Source: Eledone cirrhosa (Eukaryota). From it: a stretch of 64,000 nucleotides of DNA. Both the position numbers and the translations under genes were made by a program. Where the stretch lies: the NCBI GenBank assembly GCA_964016885.1, contig OZ024740.1, positions 158,906,001 to 158,970,000 of the forward strand, written 5' to 3'. This document shows positions 13,412-27,800 of the stretch, piece after piece. The notes beneath the pieces are model-generated. The model did not search any database and was not told where the DNA came from. It saw nothing but the letters and a program-made list of their open reading frames with translations. Within the stretch, counting starts at the first letter, position 1, and each line of letters opens with the position of its first letter.

Positions 13412-16238
13412 ATGACCTCACTCAGAATAGGCAGCATAAATGCGCGTAGCTTGGGGTCGTCATGGAAGCAGGGCTACCTGCTCAACGACCTCAGGTCACT
13501 AAACATAGATGTGGTGGCCATCAGCGTGACCAGAATCTCCGAAGCACGGGCCTTCGCACCGATCTTCGGCAGCTACGATGTGTACGCATCTCCCAGCCGT
13601 CCTGGATCGGAGGGAGGAGTTGCTGTGATTTTTCGGAGAGGTTTGGATCTCGCCATACGGGTCATCTTCCTGGACTCAGAAGGTAAGTTGGTGGTGTTGG
13701 ACGTGACCAGCGGAGACGGGCAAGCTTTCAGGCTAGTGGCTGTCTATGCCCCGACAGGAGCAGGGCGGCCTGATTTCTTCCGGCGTCTGGAGACCTTTGT
13801 TGGAACGTCCCGTTCTTTAGTGTTAGTGGGCGACTGGAACGAGATCTTAGATGCACGCTGGAACTGTGTGGGATTAGCGGATAGGGAAGGAGGGTGCAAG
13901 AACCTCACCAACCTGCTCAAGCGTTTTGAACTGTCTGACAGGTACCGATTGGATTTCCCGAATGTGCCAATGTGGACTTGGACAAATCGTATCGGGTCAT
14001 CCAGATCATATCTAGATAGAGTATTTTGTAGGGAAATAAATAGGTCTAGCATAGGCTGTCCACAATTCAAGATAGTCAGCTATACGGACCACCAATTCGT
14101 GATCTGTGTGGTTGACTTAGATAGGCTCCATAGACAAGGACCCGGCTACTGGAAGATAAACGCGTCATTAACAGCGCGCAAGGAATACAGAGACCGGATT
14201 AGCGAACTAGTTAAGCGGGAGTTGACGGGGGCCATCGTCAACAACAAATGGTGGTTTGCTCTGAAAAGAGCGATTAGAATAGAGTCCATCAGGTTTAGTA
14301 AGGCTTTAGCAATAGAGAAAAATAGAGCAGAGGGAGAACTAGTTAGAAAATTATACGAGGCGCTTAGCAAAGGTATCGCGACTGACGTACTTGCGGCGAA
14401 ATTGGCCCTTGACCAATTCTTCAATGCAAAGGACGAAGGCTGCGTTGTCAGAACTAGGGTGCGTGCTCTCAAACACGAGGGGACGAAGGCCGTTCAATGG
14501 GCCCGAGTGGCGGAGGCGCGTCCTGGTAACAAAGCCACGATCCGGTCTTTGGTGGGCCGCGACGAGCACATGCTACTCGATCCCGGGAAAATGTGTGAGG
14601 CTTTTCAGCGACACTTCGCTCAGCTGTTCGGGGGCAGCGGCGAGGCGGATCGAGGGATGGACTTTAGTGTCTACCTCGACGGACTGCTGCGGCTCTCGGC
14701 CACTGAGGCGGAGAGTTGCGAAAAGCCGATAACAGCAGCTGAAATACGGGAGGCAATGACTGGCCGCGCAAGGGGTAAATCGCCTGGTTTGGATGGTCTG
14801 CCCTATGAACTTTACGTACAGATGTCAGACTTGTTCAGAGGCCTCTTGGCAGACGTTTACTGCAACTGGCAACAGAATGGGAGAATTCCCAGCTCTGTGA
14901 GCCGAGGAGCGGTGGCACTGCTGAGAAAGGATCCGAACAAGGGAGATAACATATATAATTTCAGGCCCATAACTCTAACAGAGTTCAAGATTTTGGCCAA
15001 GGTGCTAGCAAAGAGGTTAGCGCTTGTCGTTGGTGGTCTGGTGGGAGAGGAGCAGACATGCGCCATTCCCGACAGATCCATCCACGACAACCTCCACCTC
15101 ATGCGATACATCGTAGACAGGGTAGCTAGGGAACCTGGCACGGGTGGGTCCTTGATCAATTTAGATCAGCCGAAAGCTTTCGATATGGTCGACCATCGTT
15201 ATCTCGCGGCAGTCCTGAGGGCGGCTGGCTTTGGGCCCGTCTTCAGAGGCTGGATCGCTGCCATGGCAGCGACATCTGCTCTGTGGTGAGAGTGAACGAT
15301 CACCTTTCGGAACCGTTCAACATCATGCGCTCGGTCCGCCAAGGATGTCCCCTCTTGTGCCTCTTGAACGTATTGACTCTAGAGCCATTACTGCACAAAC
15401 TGGAGACATTGAGGGGCGTCCCGCGCGAACTAGGATGCGGAAGATCCGTGTCAGCATATGCGGACGATGTCACCGTAGTGGTGTCGAACGCCAAACACAT
15501 CGAGGCGATCGGCACTACACTAAGAGAATACAAAGCGGTGACAGGAGCAATGATCAGCCAGGAAAAGTCGGTGGGCCTGCAGCTCGGCACCTGGAGAGGA
15601 AGATCCATGCCGTCCAACAGCGTCGTCGGCCGCTGGACGGACGGACCGGTTAAATTGCTAGGGGTCTGGTTCGGTCCGGACCTCCAGACGAATAAAAATT
15701 GGGACGAGGTGACGAGCAGGGTGGCTTCTCTCACCCAGAAATGGGCGGAGAGGAAGCTATCCCTGAAAGGTCGAGTGGAGGTGGCTAACGCGTACATCGC
15801 GTCCGTCATCTACTACCGCCTGACCGTCGTACCTTGTCCTAAGCTTCGCCTGACTGCGCTGGAGCGTTTTCTCTTTCGCTTTTTGTGGAAGGGACGCGCT
15901 CCGATGGTCAGGCGGTCCATCTGCTGTCAATACCCGCTACGTGGAGGGTTGGTCATGCCGTGGCTGATGATGCGCAGACACGCACTCAGGTTACGACATC
16001 TCCACCTCTTACTCGACGGTGATCAAGTGCGGTCGCCGTTTGCTAGACGCGTCTTTCCCCAGCTCATCTCCTTGACGGAGCTGCAGTCCTGGGTCAAGCG
16101 AAGACCGAGAGGGAGCGCTTGGAGACTGGCATGTCTTCAGGCGCTCACAGCCCTCGACCAATCGGGCAATGTGATCGGTGGAAACTCCACCTTGGCGTTC
16201 TATAGAGGATTAGTGGAGGGGAAGAGCGACGACGTACC
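13412..16238 (+). pseudogene. Tx1 ORF2 (APE endonuclease plus reverse transcriptase), frameshift near 15285
   Basis: GSINARSL, VYAP, VGDWN, SYLDR, TDH, WKIN, KSPGLDGLP, FRPITL, DQPKAFDMVDH, VRQGCP, AYADD. Confidence 0.93.
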
Positions 16239-17716
16239 TAACGAATTCCATCTAGGAAAAGCTGGAGAGGGTAACTACCGTTACTGACAGATGGTCGTTA
16301 TCATCAGAGAGCAGGGTAGAATAAGCACTGCTTTCAATTGATAACTTTTTTGTAGCATCTTAGGCCAGTGTCATTTACCATATATGGAAACTAATTGGAA
16401 GCCCGCCCCATCGGATAGATTATATATAATTCAAAGCATCAAAATTGTCATTCACAGTCCTCATGAATCTTCTTGAGAAGTAAATTAAGAATAAACCTGT
16501 CGGTAGAATGCTCAGTTACTTACAAGTTAATGCACAAACCCTATTCCGTTGCTATTCGTTCATGCTCGACACCTTGTCGCAGTATACATGAAAACAAATA
16601 CAACGACGAGAAGTTGAATTAAATTTTGAACTAGTGGAAAAATTATCTTGAGCGAGCGGCGTCCACACTGATTGGTCTGTGCGAAACACATTGGGGTAGC
16701 AGTAATATCATTAAACCACTCTTTTTAAAAAAGTACACCGAAAAATATGGATTTATTTGTTTGCTGTCAACACGATGCCAAATTTTGATACCACCATGGT
16801 TATGACGATTATTTATTCTCTACCATTTATATTTCTGTTTTACTATGTCTAAATATGTATGAACCAAATATATCTAATTACCGAAAGAAATGAGTGTTAC
16901 ATAAAAAGAAAAAGAATTATTGCTCTCTATACCTTAGCTCACCAACTTTTTATTCCTACAATGCTTCAAGCAAATTAACTTGAAAACAAACAAAATACAT
17001 AGACAAAGGATGCCAAGAGGAAACAATTAATTTTACAAGCCATAACAACAAAACAAAATTGTTTTAAATTTCAAATTGGTGACATAATTTCTTTTTGCCG
17101 AGTGGCGGCTATAGTATTGCAGGCAAGATGCCACCGTGAAATATTTCTGCCGATAACTTAAGTTTGCTTGTGTCTATATATAATCCTTTATTGTTGAACA
17201 GACGCATACAACGTTGAAAGTATTTTTTAAAAAGGATTAGAATAATAAACAGAATAAACAGGGGGAGGGGTGTGATAATTAATAAAAAAAGGAGAGGGGG
17301 AAGAGAGGAGTCAATCTATACATCCTTGGTTTGGTGGTATATCACAGATAAGCCTGGCGAACATGTTGGCTAAAGCATTTCCAAAGAGAACATCCAGAGA
17401 CATTCGCTGCATCAGTCTTTCCATCCCATGGAGCTCCTTCCTTAGGCGAGATGTACTCCTCCCGATTTTGCAGAGAAAAACAGCAAACCGGGGACTGGGG
17501 AAACCAGAGGGTCGACGGCGACCAGAACGAAAATGAAGCGAATCGACGGCGACCAGAACGAAATGAGTCAAATCCCAGTAGTTTGATATCGGCGTCTCCT
17601 CTGCATTACGGGCGGCAATGGCTGGGTTTATTGTCGAATCGACAAGGCTAGAACCGGAGAACCTCTCGCGGCATGTGACGTTGTTGCTTCAGTTCTTAGT
17701 GACAATTTTGTAGAGC

Positions 17717-17918
17717 AGACATGTCAAACATGCGGCCCGCGGGCCGCATGCAGCTCTTTACAAGCACACCTTCGGCCCGCACAAAGGTTTTTACAGCGCG
17801 AGCGTAATAAAAAATAATAAATATTAGTTATGATGTGGGCAATTAGTTGTGTGTGGCTGTCAGACAACACATATGTGACCCATGTGGCCCTCGGGGAACC
17901 GTCAGATCCACATGCCTG
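17717..17918. mobile_element. hAT-type MITE
   Basis: Termini cagacatgtcaaac / cacatgcctg, subterminal gcggcccgcgggccgc palindrome, degenerate 8-bp TSD ttgtagag/gtgtaaag. Confidence 0.7.
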
Positions 17919-18739
17919 GTGTAAAGCATATTCTAGTCAGTTTTTTAACTCTTTTATTACCAACTTTAGTAGATGGAATCTAGACAGGACTAATGTCTTT
18001 AGTGAATATGAACGTGGGATCACAACCCAACGACTTCAAGCCATATTGTAAGTAATTCCGGCGATGTTGCTTCCAAACCTTAAGGATAATAAGCGTATTA
18101 ATTTAACTTAGAATTTTATTTCATTTCTTGCAGTTACACTCCTTTCCCATTTAGAACTGAGGTAGCCACGTCTAGGTTGTGTTTTTATTCACCGTTTGCA
18201 ATACAAAATTAAATAAATTAAGCATCTACAGTGTACAGTAAATTGCACACATCACGTCAACTTTGTTATCCGAATTCTTGCCACGGGCTGCTTTGAATTA
18301 TTTTCTTTTACCTGCTTTTAATTTTAATTATACAAATTACCGTTGGTCTAGAATGTTAAATTGTCTAAATCTGTCTGTAGGTGAGAAGGACAGTGCTATG
18401 CCAATAAGGTAAAATTGAATCCAAAATAGTAAAGAGTCACCAATTGGTTACCAATTAAAGTTATTGCCTGTTTATATCTATAGCACACAGCAATCTCATA
18501 TATGGTTAGTCAACATGCTAGAAATAACAGCCAAATCTTCGTGAAAACACACTGCATAGTCATTGACTGGTTATTTATATATGATCAATTTTGTTAGTTG
18601 CTTCATGTAGCAGAAAACAAATCATTCTTCGTATTTTCCGCAGTGGCCCTCACATAACACCAGCACATCATTGACGAAAGATATGAAAGGCACAGTGTTG
18701 CTGTAACAAACTCCAACGCACACTGGTCATATTCCCAGG

Positions 18740-19226
18740 AACGTGCAAAGCTGCTAATAGGTCTAGGCTGGTTGTGAAAAAAATTCGGTCATGCTCGTCC
18801 GCTGTGAGTATGTATGTGTGTATACATTATCATCTCACTGCTGTCAGAAAAGACGAGGAGGTATTTTAATAATCAGTGTTATATGGGATTCCCCCGAAGT
18901 AACTTGGAGATCAGAGGGTCACTCCAGGCAGAGCCGCTACTTCTGCGAATTGAGAGATCACACTACGATAATATGGGCATGTCATTAGAATATCCCAGGA
19001 AAAAATTTGTAGACAGGTTTTACGGGCAAAACCAACCAGCAACAGACTCAGAGGTAGACCCCGAACAAGATGGTTGGATAACATCCATGAGCTTGGCTGG
19101 TCACGCTTGTGGATCCAGCTGGATCTGTTGGAGACGGTTGCTTCTCACAGGACCCGCTGGAAGGAGTGTCTGAGCACTCTTCCCCCACGACCTTTGCAGG
19201 AATAAGTGGGCAAAGAAGAAGAAGAT
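18740..19226 (+). mobile_element. RTE-clade LINE 3' fragment with (GAA)n tail
   Basis: EPLLLRIERS followed by decayed GH..R motif and RGRPR-like region. Ends in gaagaagaaga. Confidence 0.7.
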
Positions 19227-19806
19227 GTGTTATATATAATCTATGTATGGGTTACACAGGCAAAAATAGTGTACATGATATATTTACAAGTATATTTACA
19301 GAATAACATAACTAAAGCTCGAGGAGAGTAAGTCTCTCAACATCTAGGGTTCATGTCAAGTACATCCATGACTCCAACTCTAGTAACACAAGTACCTACA
19401 TGCCATCTACAAAACAGAGAAAATATACTCAAAGTGAAAGTTCACATGGACGTATGAGAGACACCCCTTGCTACCGCTGTAACTCCAACGCATATAGGGC
19501 ATATCACAACTTAGTTACATTATACGCTTTACGAGCATTATTGTATATTTTCACTGAAGCGCCTAACTAATTGAGTTTGTGAAGTATATGTTTGCAACCA
19601 AAATTTTTAAAGATAACTGTATGTCTCTGTTATGTAATTGATTGTGAAAGAAAGTTATGGTTCCAATTAATCCGTTAAAACCTAAGCTTGTAACATGATC
19701 CCTCGACTTCGGAAAGACTTTCTTCTCGCTGAAGATTAATTAGAAAGGTCACGTTGTTTGATATAGGATTGACAGCCTAAGTTCTATCATCTGAATATGC
19801 ACATGC

Positions 19807-20202
19807 ATATAATGTTTCTGGATCAAATGATTATAGATGATTATTGATCTGGTTCAGTTGAAGATAATTAACTTAGGTAAAATTGGAGCAGTTCATCGGA
19901 ACTTCAAAAGGAATATAAATTAAGGTAAAGAAAGATGGTTACATGAATGTAATAGGCAGATCTCGCATAATGCAGCCTCGGCAGAAGAATATTGCTCGCC
20001 TATGACAGACAATAGATAGACCCAGGACACCATAGTGAAATACCAATATATGGAATATTATATTCATGTAACCATCCTTCTTTACCTTAATTTATATTCT
20101 TTTGAAGTTCCGATAAACTGCTCCAATTTTACCTAAGTTAATTATCTTCAACTGAACCAGATCAATAATGATCTATAATCATTTGATCCAGAAACATTAT
20201 AT
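19807..20202. repeat. Inverted repeat with about 148-bp arms and a 100-bp spacer
   Basis: 19807-19954 is the reverse complement of 20056-20202 with few mismatches. Confidence 0.95.
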
Positions 20203-20509
20203 GGAGTAGCGAAACAATTGTAAACGGACATTATTATTATTATTATTATTCACATTCCTTACATTAAACTACAACTATATTGACAATCTCTAAATAATAT
20301 CTTCCTTGTGAAATTTGTGGTCTTGTTTTGCTTAACTAATGAATATTTCCAGGCACCTAACCTCTGCATGAACCCAGTCACCTAGCTGCCTTCCACTGCA
20401 TATTGCACATTGAGCACATGCCTTTACGCTTTTGGCTTCTAACTAATTCACAAATCTCTCTTCTCCTCTCGTATCTCCATCTCTCCCTTTAAGATTGGTT
20501 ACACTTGAA

Positions 20510-20561
<52 letters not shown>

Positions 20562-20562
<1 letters not shown>

Positions 20563-20613
20563 GGATTCCTGATGATTTCTAAAGAATGAAACAGTTCTAG
20601 TCCTGTAGAATCT
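20562..20613 (+). ncRNA. Type I hammerhead ribozyme motif in a 137-bp (TA)n-flanked insert
   Basis: gggattc-CTGATGA-t ttc taaa gaa t-GAAA-cag ttctagtc ctg-TA-gaatctc. Predicted GUA cleavage after 20607. Confidence 0.85.
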
Positions 20614-20695
20614 CATCTATATTAAAACTTTTATACTCTGCAATGTATTGAGTACCTTACTTACTGTGGTTACCTCCGATTCAACCCGGAATAAC

Positions 20696-20732
<37 letters not shown>

Positions 20733-20737
<5 letters not shown>

Positions 20738-21101
20738 ATATTAAATAAATGGAAACTATATTTATAAAACCATATTTATTTTATTATATATATTTCAAGG
20801 GTACCAAAACACTTTGGTAAGCTTTCTTCAGATAAAATACAAAGTTTGTTTTATAAATAGAGACATACAGGTATGTCTCTATTTATAAAACAAACTTTGT
20901 ATTTTATATGAAGAAAGCTTACCAAAGTGTTTTGGTACCCTTGAAATATATATAATAAAATAAATATGGTTTTATAAATATAGTTTCCATTTATTTAATA
21001 TCATTGAATATTTACTCCAGGAAATGTTGAGTGCTCTAAATCAGTTATAAACATTTATATTTATATTTGTCGGATTTCCAACAAATTAAATACCTCTTCT
21101 A

Positions 21102-21103
<2 letters not shown>
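20733..21103. mobile_element. Fold-back element: 136-bp palindrome arms with a 2-nt loop, plus about 97-nt extension, between (TA)n tracts
   Basis: 20733-20868 is the reverse complement of 20871-21006 (one mismatch seen). Confidence 0.9.
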
Positions 21104-21172
<69 letters not shown>

Positions 21173-21229
21173 CGGCGATGAATTAGTTTTGCGAGGTTTT
21201 TGATATGAAATCGTGTGTTGAAACAAATA

Positions 21230-22112
21230 TTGTTATAGTCATGGTACGACAACCAGAGATACCAGAGTATAATTAGCTAACCAGTGTACAGAAGCCCTGA
21301 GAAAGACCCACTTAAAGATTAAGGTGGCAGAAAGATTAAGGTGGTAGAAAAGCCAGGAACTACCATAAAATCCTTGATCAGCAAAACCTACCCTTTTAAG
21401 AAAACCCACTGTACTAATAGGAAATGTATCATATGTAAGATTAAACTATAAAACTAGAAACGTAGAAACGTAGTCTAGAGTATAAGATGTACAGAGGGTA
21501 CTTGCAGATATATGACAACAACATATATAGGCGAGACAGCTCGTAGCATAGGTGAAAGGATAGACCAACACTGGGGGGAACTAAAAGGACGAAAAAACGG
21601 TTCAGTACTATACGAACATGCCAGACAACAACATGACGGTAACATAGACAACATAGAAATTAGAATAATATCTAAACATAGAAATGACCCAGCAGATAGG
21701 CAAATCAGAGAGGCCAGTAAAATAGAACTTAGAAGGCCAAGGCTAAACAGAAAAAATGAATGGAATAACAACAACACCCAAACAAACAACACTGACCTAA
21801 GAGAAGTATAAATAAATAAATAGATAAATAAATAAATACATATACAAGCACAATAACAACAAACACATAAAAACACACACTAGTAAAGATAGAATACATT
21901 AACCAATACACAGTCACCCAATCACGAACATACATCAAACAAAACACTATACACACACGCAAACGCATGCGCAAAGAAGACAAAAATATAAACAAATAAA
22001 TAAATATATAAACAGACTAAATAAAGATGGCGTAGAAAATACTATGCAACGGGAGGAAACAATAGCACCACTGACGATGTTGCAGATGTGCAACGAAAGA
22101 ACTTTGATAAAC
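21230..22112 (+). mobile_element. PLE fragment: GIY-YIG endonuclease plus 3' UTR ending in a hammerhead motif
   Basis: TYIGETARSIGERIDQH...SVLYEHARQQH...RQIREAS...LNRKNEW. Motif acca-CTGACGA-t gttgca gatg tgcaac-GAAA-gaac-TT-tgat at 22067-22108. Confidence 0.85.
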
Positions 22113-22303
22113 TATATATATGTGTTTGTGTCTATATTATATCTGTATTTTTGACCGTTGGTCAGTCAATGGCAACATTAAGGACCGAATAAATTAAATT
22201 AACCGATATAAAAGACACAGAAGCGAAAAGCGAAAACCAACCAAACAGTGAGTGTGTTATGTTATTAATTCTGGCAATATTACTCAAATATGATCCGCCC
22301 CAA

Positions 22304-23390
<1,087 letters not shown>

Positions 23391-23419
23391 CATATATATA
23401 TATACATATATATATATAC

Positions 23420-23512
<93 letters not shown>

Positions 23513-23517
<5 letters not shown>

Positions 23518-24483
23518 AGGATGAATATAAAATGAAAGTGCTTTTGTTAAAAAAGGAATTTATTAGGTATTGACATATGTTTCTGTAACAGACCGAATAC
23601 CTATGTATCGCTGCTTGCGTAATCATATAATGTTAGCAAGTATTCGATAGCAAATGTATAATCAGTTGTCACTTCTTCAGAGATTTTGGATAAACTGGAT
23701 AAAATCAGAAAAATTGAAGTATTTATATTAGTAAAAGAGGAAGGAACAGAGGGGATAGAATATGATAGATGGTAAAATAATTTACTGCTAAACAAGTATA
23801 TAATGGGTTTTTAATGAGAATACCATGAGTAAATCTAAATAAGAATTTTGGGGGTGCCGATTTTAATCTCTACTTGACCAACTGGACAGTGGACAGGGCT
23901 GGTCATTTGTAGCATTGATGTTATTTAGTAGCAATCGAAATCTCCCCCTTCCCCAATTGACACTTTATGATTAATACTACTGCACCAAATGACCAGCCCT
24001 GTCCACTGTCCAGTTGGTCAAGTAGAGATTAAAATCGGCACCCCCAAAATTCTTATTTAGATTTACTCATGGTATTCTCATTAAAAACCCATTATATACT
24101 TGTTTAGCAGTAAATTATTTTACCATCTGTCATATTCTATCCCCTCTCTTCCTTCCTCTTTTACTAATATAAATACTTCAATTTTTCTGATTTTATCCAG
24201 TTTATCCAAAATCTCTGAAGAAGTGACAACTGATTATACATTTGCTATCGAATACTTGCTAACATTATATGATTACGCAAGCAGCGATACATAGGTATTC
24301 GGTCTGTTACAGAAACATATGTCAATACCTAATAAATTCCTTTTTTAACAAAGGCACTTTCATTTTATATTCATCCTTTCTACATTTCTCCGGAATATAA
24401 TTTATACTCGTTGAGCAAACCTGCACGTACGCTGTTCATCTCTAACGTAACGATATATTATCACTACATTATTGATAACCTGA

Positions 24484-24488
<5 letters not shown>
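23513..24488. mobile_element. Fold-back element (about 397-bp arms, 76-nt spacer, 105-nt extension) between (TA)n
   Basis: 23513-23909 is the reverse complement of 23986-24382. Identical 64-aa pseudo-ORFs on opposite strands. Confidence 0.93.
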
Positions 24489-24545
<57 letters not shown>

Positions 24546-24610
24546 TTGATTTTACATATGTATGTATGCGTGTATACATGTCAATATGTAGGCAACTATA
24601 TATGTATGTT

Positions 24611-24698
<88 letters not shown>

Positions 24699-24899
24699 AT
24701 ACACAAACATACATAAATAGATGCCTGCATATTGACATGTATACACGCATACATACATACGTATATATATTCATACCCACATATATGAAAATCAAATCGT
24801 TTATTCCATTATCCTAATTCATTCAGCAAATTCCCAGTGAAGATTTCGACATGGCTCACGCAATAGAATACTTGTTTTCCTCATTGTTCTGACGTAGAG

Positions 24900-27800
24900 A
24901 TATACACATACATACACATACATATACATATACATACATATATACTCACATACATATACACTCACATACATATACACTCATACATATACACTCACATACA
25001 TATACACTCATACATATACACTCACATACATATACATACATGTACATTCACATACATATACACTTACATACATATACACTCACATACATATACACTCACA
25101 TACATATACACTCATACATATACATTCATACATATACACTCACATACATATACACCACTTACATATACACTCACATACATATACACTCACAGACATATAC
25201 ATTCATACATATACACTCACATACATATACACCACTTACATATTCACTCACATACATATACACCACTTACATATACACTCACATACGTATACACTCATAC
25301 ATATACTCTCACATACATATACACCACTTACATATACACTCACATACATATACACCACTTACATATACACTCACATACATATACACCACTTACATATACA
25401 CTCACATACATATACACTCACATACATATACATTCACATACATATACACTCACTTACATATACACTCACTTACATATACACTCATACATATACATTCATA
25501 CATATACACTCACATACATATACACTCATACATATACATTCACATACATATACACTCACATACATATACACTCACTTACATATACACTCACTTACATATA
25601 CACTCACATACATATACACTCACATACATATACACTCACATATATATACACTCATATACATATACACTCACTTTCATATACACTCACATACATATACACT
25701 CACATACATATACACTCACATACATATACACTCATATACATATACACTCACTTTCATATACACTCACATACATATACACTCATACATATACGTTCACATA
25801 CATATACATTCACATACATATACACTCACATACATATACACTCACATACATATACACTCACTTACATATACACTCACATACATATACACTCAGATACATA
25901 TACACTCACATACATATACACTCATATACATATACACTCACTTTCATATACACTCACATACATATACACTCACATACATATACATTCACATACATATAGA
26001 CTCACATACATATACACTCACATACATATACACTCATATACATATACACTCACTTACATATACACTCACATACATATACACTCACATAAATATACACTCG
26101 CATATATATATACACTCACATACATATACACTCACATACATATACACCCACTTACATATACACTCACATACATATACACTCACATACATATACACTCACT
26201 TACATATACACTCACTTACATATACACTCACATACATATACACTCACATACATATACACTCACATACATATAAACTCACATACATATACACTCACTTACA
26301 TATACACTCACATATATATATATATACAGTCACATACATATACACTCACATACATATACACCCACTTACATATACACTCACATACATATACACTCACATA
26401 CATATACACTCACTTACATATACACTCACTTACATATACACTCACATACATATACACTCACTTACATATACACTCACATACATATACACTCACATAAATA
26501 TACACTCACATACATATACACTCACATACATATACACTCATACATATACACTCACATACATATACATTCACATACATATACACTCACATACATATACACA
26601 CACATACATATACACTCATACATATACATTCATACATATACACTCACATACATATACACCACTTACATATACACTCCCATACATATACACTCACATACAT
26701 ATACACTCACATACATATACACTCATACATATACATTCATACATATACACTCACATACATATACACTCATACATATACATTCACATACATATACACTCAC
26801 ATACATATACACTCACATATATATACACTCACATACATATACACTCGCATACATATACACTCACATACATATACACTGACATACATATACACTCACTTAC
26901 ATATACACTCACATACATATACACTCACATACATATACACTCATACATATACACTCACATACATATACACTCACTTACATATACACTCACATACATATAC
27001 ACTCATACATATACACTCACATACATATACACTCACATACATATACACTCACATACATATACACTCATACATATACACTCACATACATATACACTCACAT
27101 ACATATACACTCACATACATATACACTCACTTACATATACACTCACATACATATACACTCACATACATATACACTCATACATATACACTCACATTCATAT
27201 ACACTCACTTACATATACACTCACATACATATACACTCACATACATATACACTCACATACATATACACTCACTTACATATACACTCACATACATATACAC
27301 TCACATACATATACACTCACATACATATACACCACTTACATATACACTCACATACATATACACTCACATACATATACACTCACATACATATAAACTCACA
27401 TACATATACACTCACTTACATATACACTCACATATATATATATACAGTCACATACATATACACTCACATACATATACACTCACTTACATATACACTCACA
27501 TACATATACACTCACATAAATATACACTCACATACATATACACTCACATACATATACACTCATACATATACACTCACATACATATACACTCACATACATA
27601 TACACCCACTTACATATACACTCACATACATATACACTCACATACATATACACTCACTTACATATACACTCACTTACATATACACTCACATACATATACA
27701 CTCACATACATATACACTCACATACATATAAACTCACATACATATACACTCACTTACATATACACTCACATATATATATATATATACAGTCACATACATA

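Larger units (their letters stand above)
11118..16238 (+). mobile_element. Tx1-clade LINE with intact 5' part (ORF1 and ORF2), 3'-truncated
   Basis: ORF1 fragments 11481-13376 with a CX2CX4H knuckle. ORF2 from 13412 carries APE and RT domains. Starts immediately after (TTA)n. Confidence 0.93.

Noticed and set aside
16300-19800. Host exons in the unique-looking region
   Set aside because: No ORF with recognisable homology and no convincing paired splice sites.
23601-24294. Duplicated 64-aa ORFs on opposite strands (also 44504-44737 and 47032-47265)
   Set aside because: By-products of inverted repeats, with non-ATG starts and no recognisable domain.
25040-25999. 319-aa His/Tyr/Thr/Ile-rich ORF
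   Set aside because: Translation of the G-free minisatellite, which lacks stop codons by composition.
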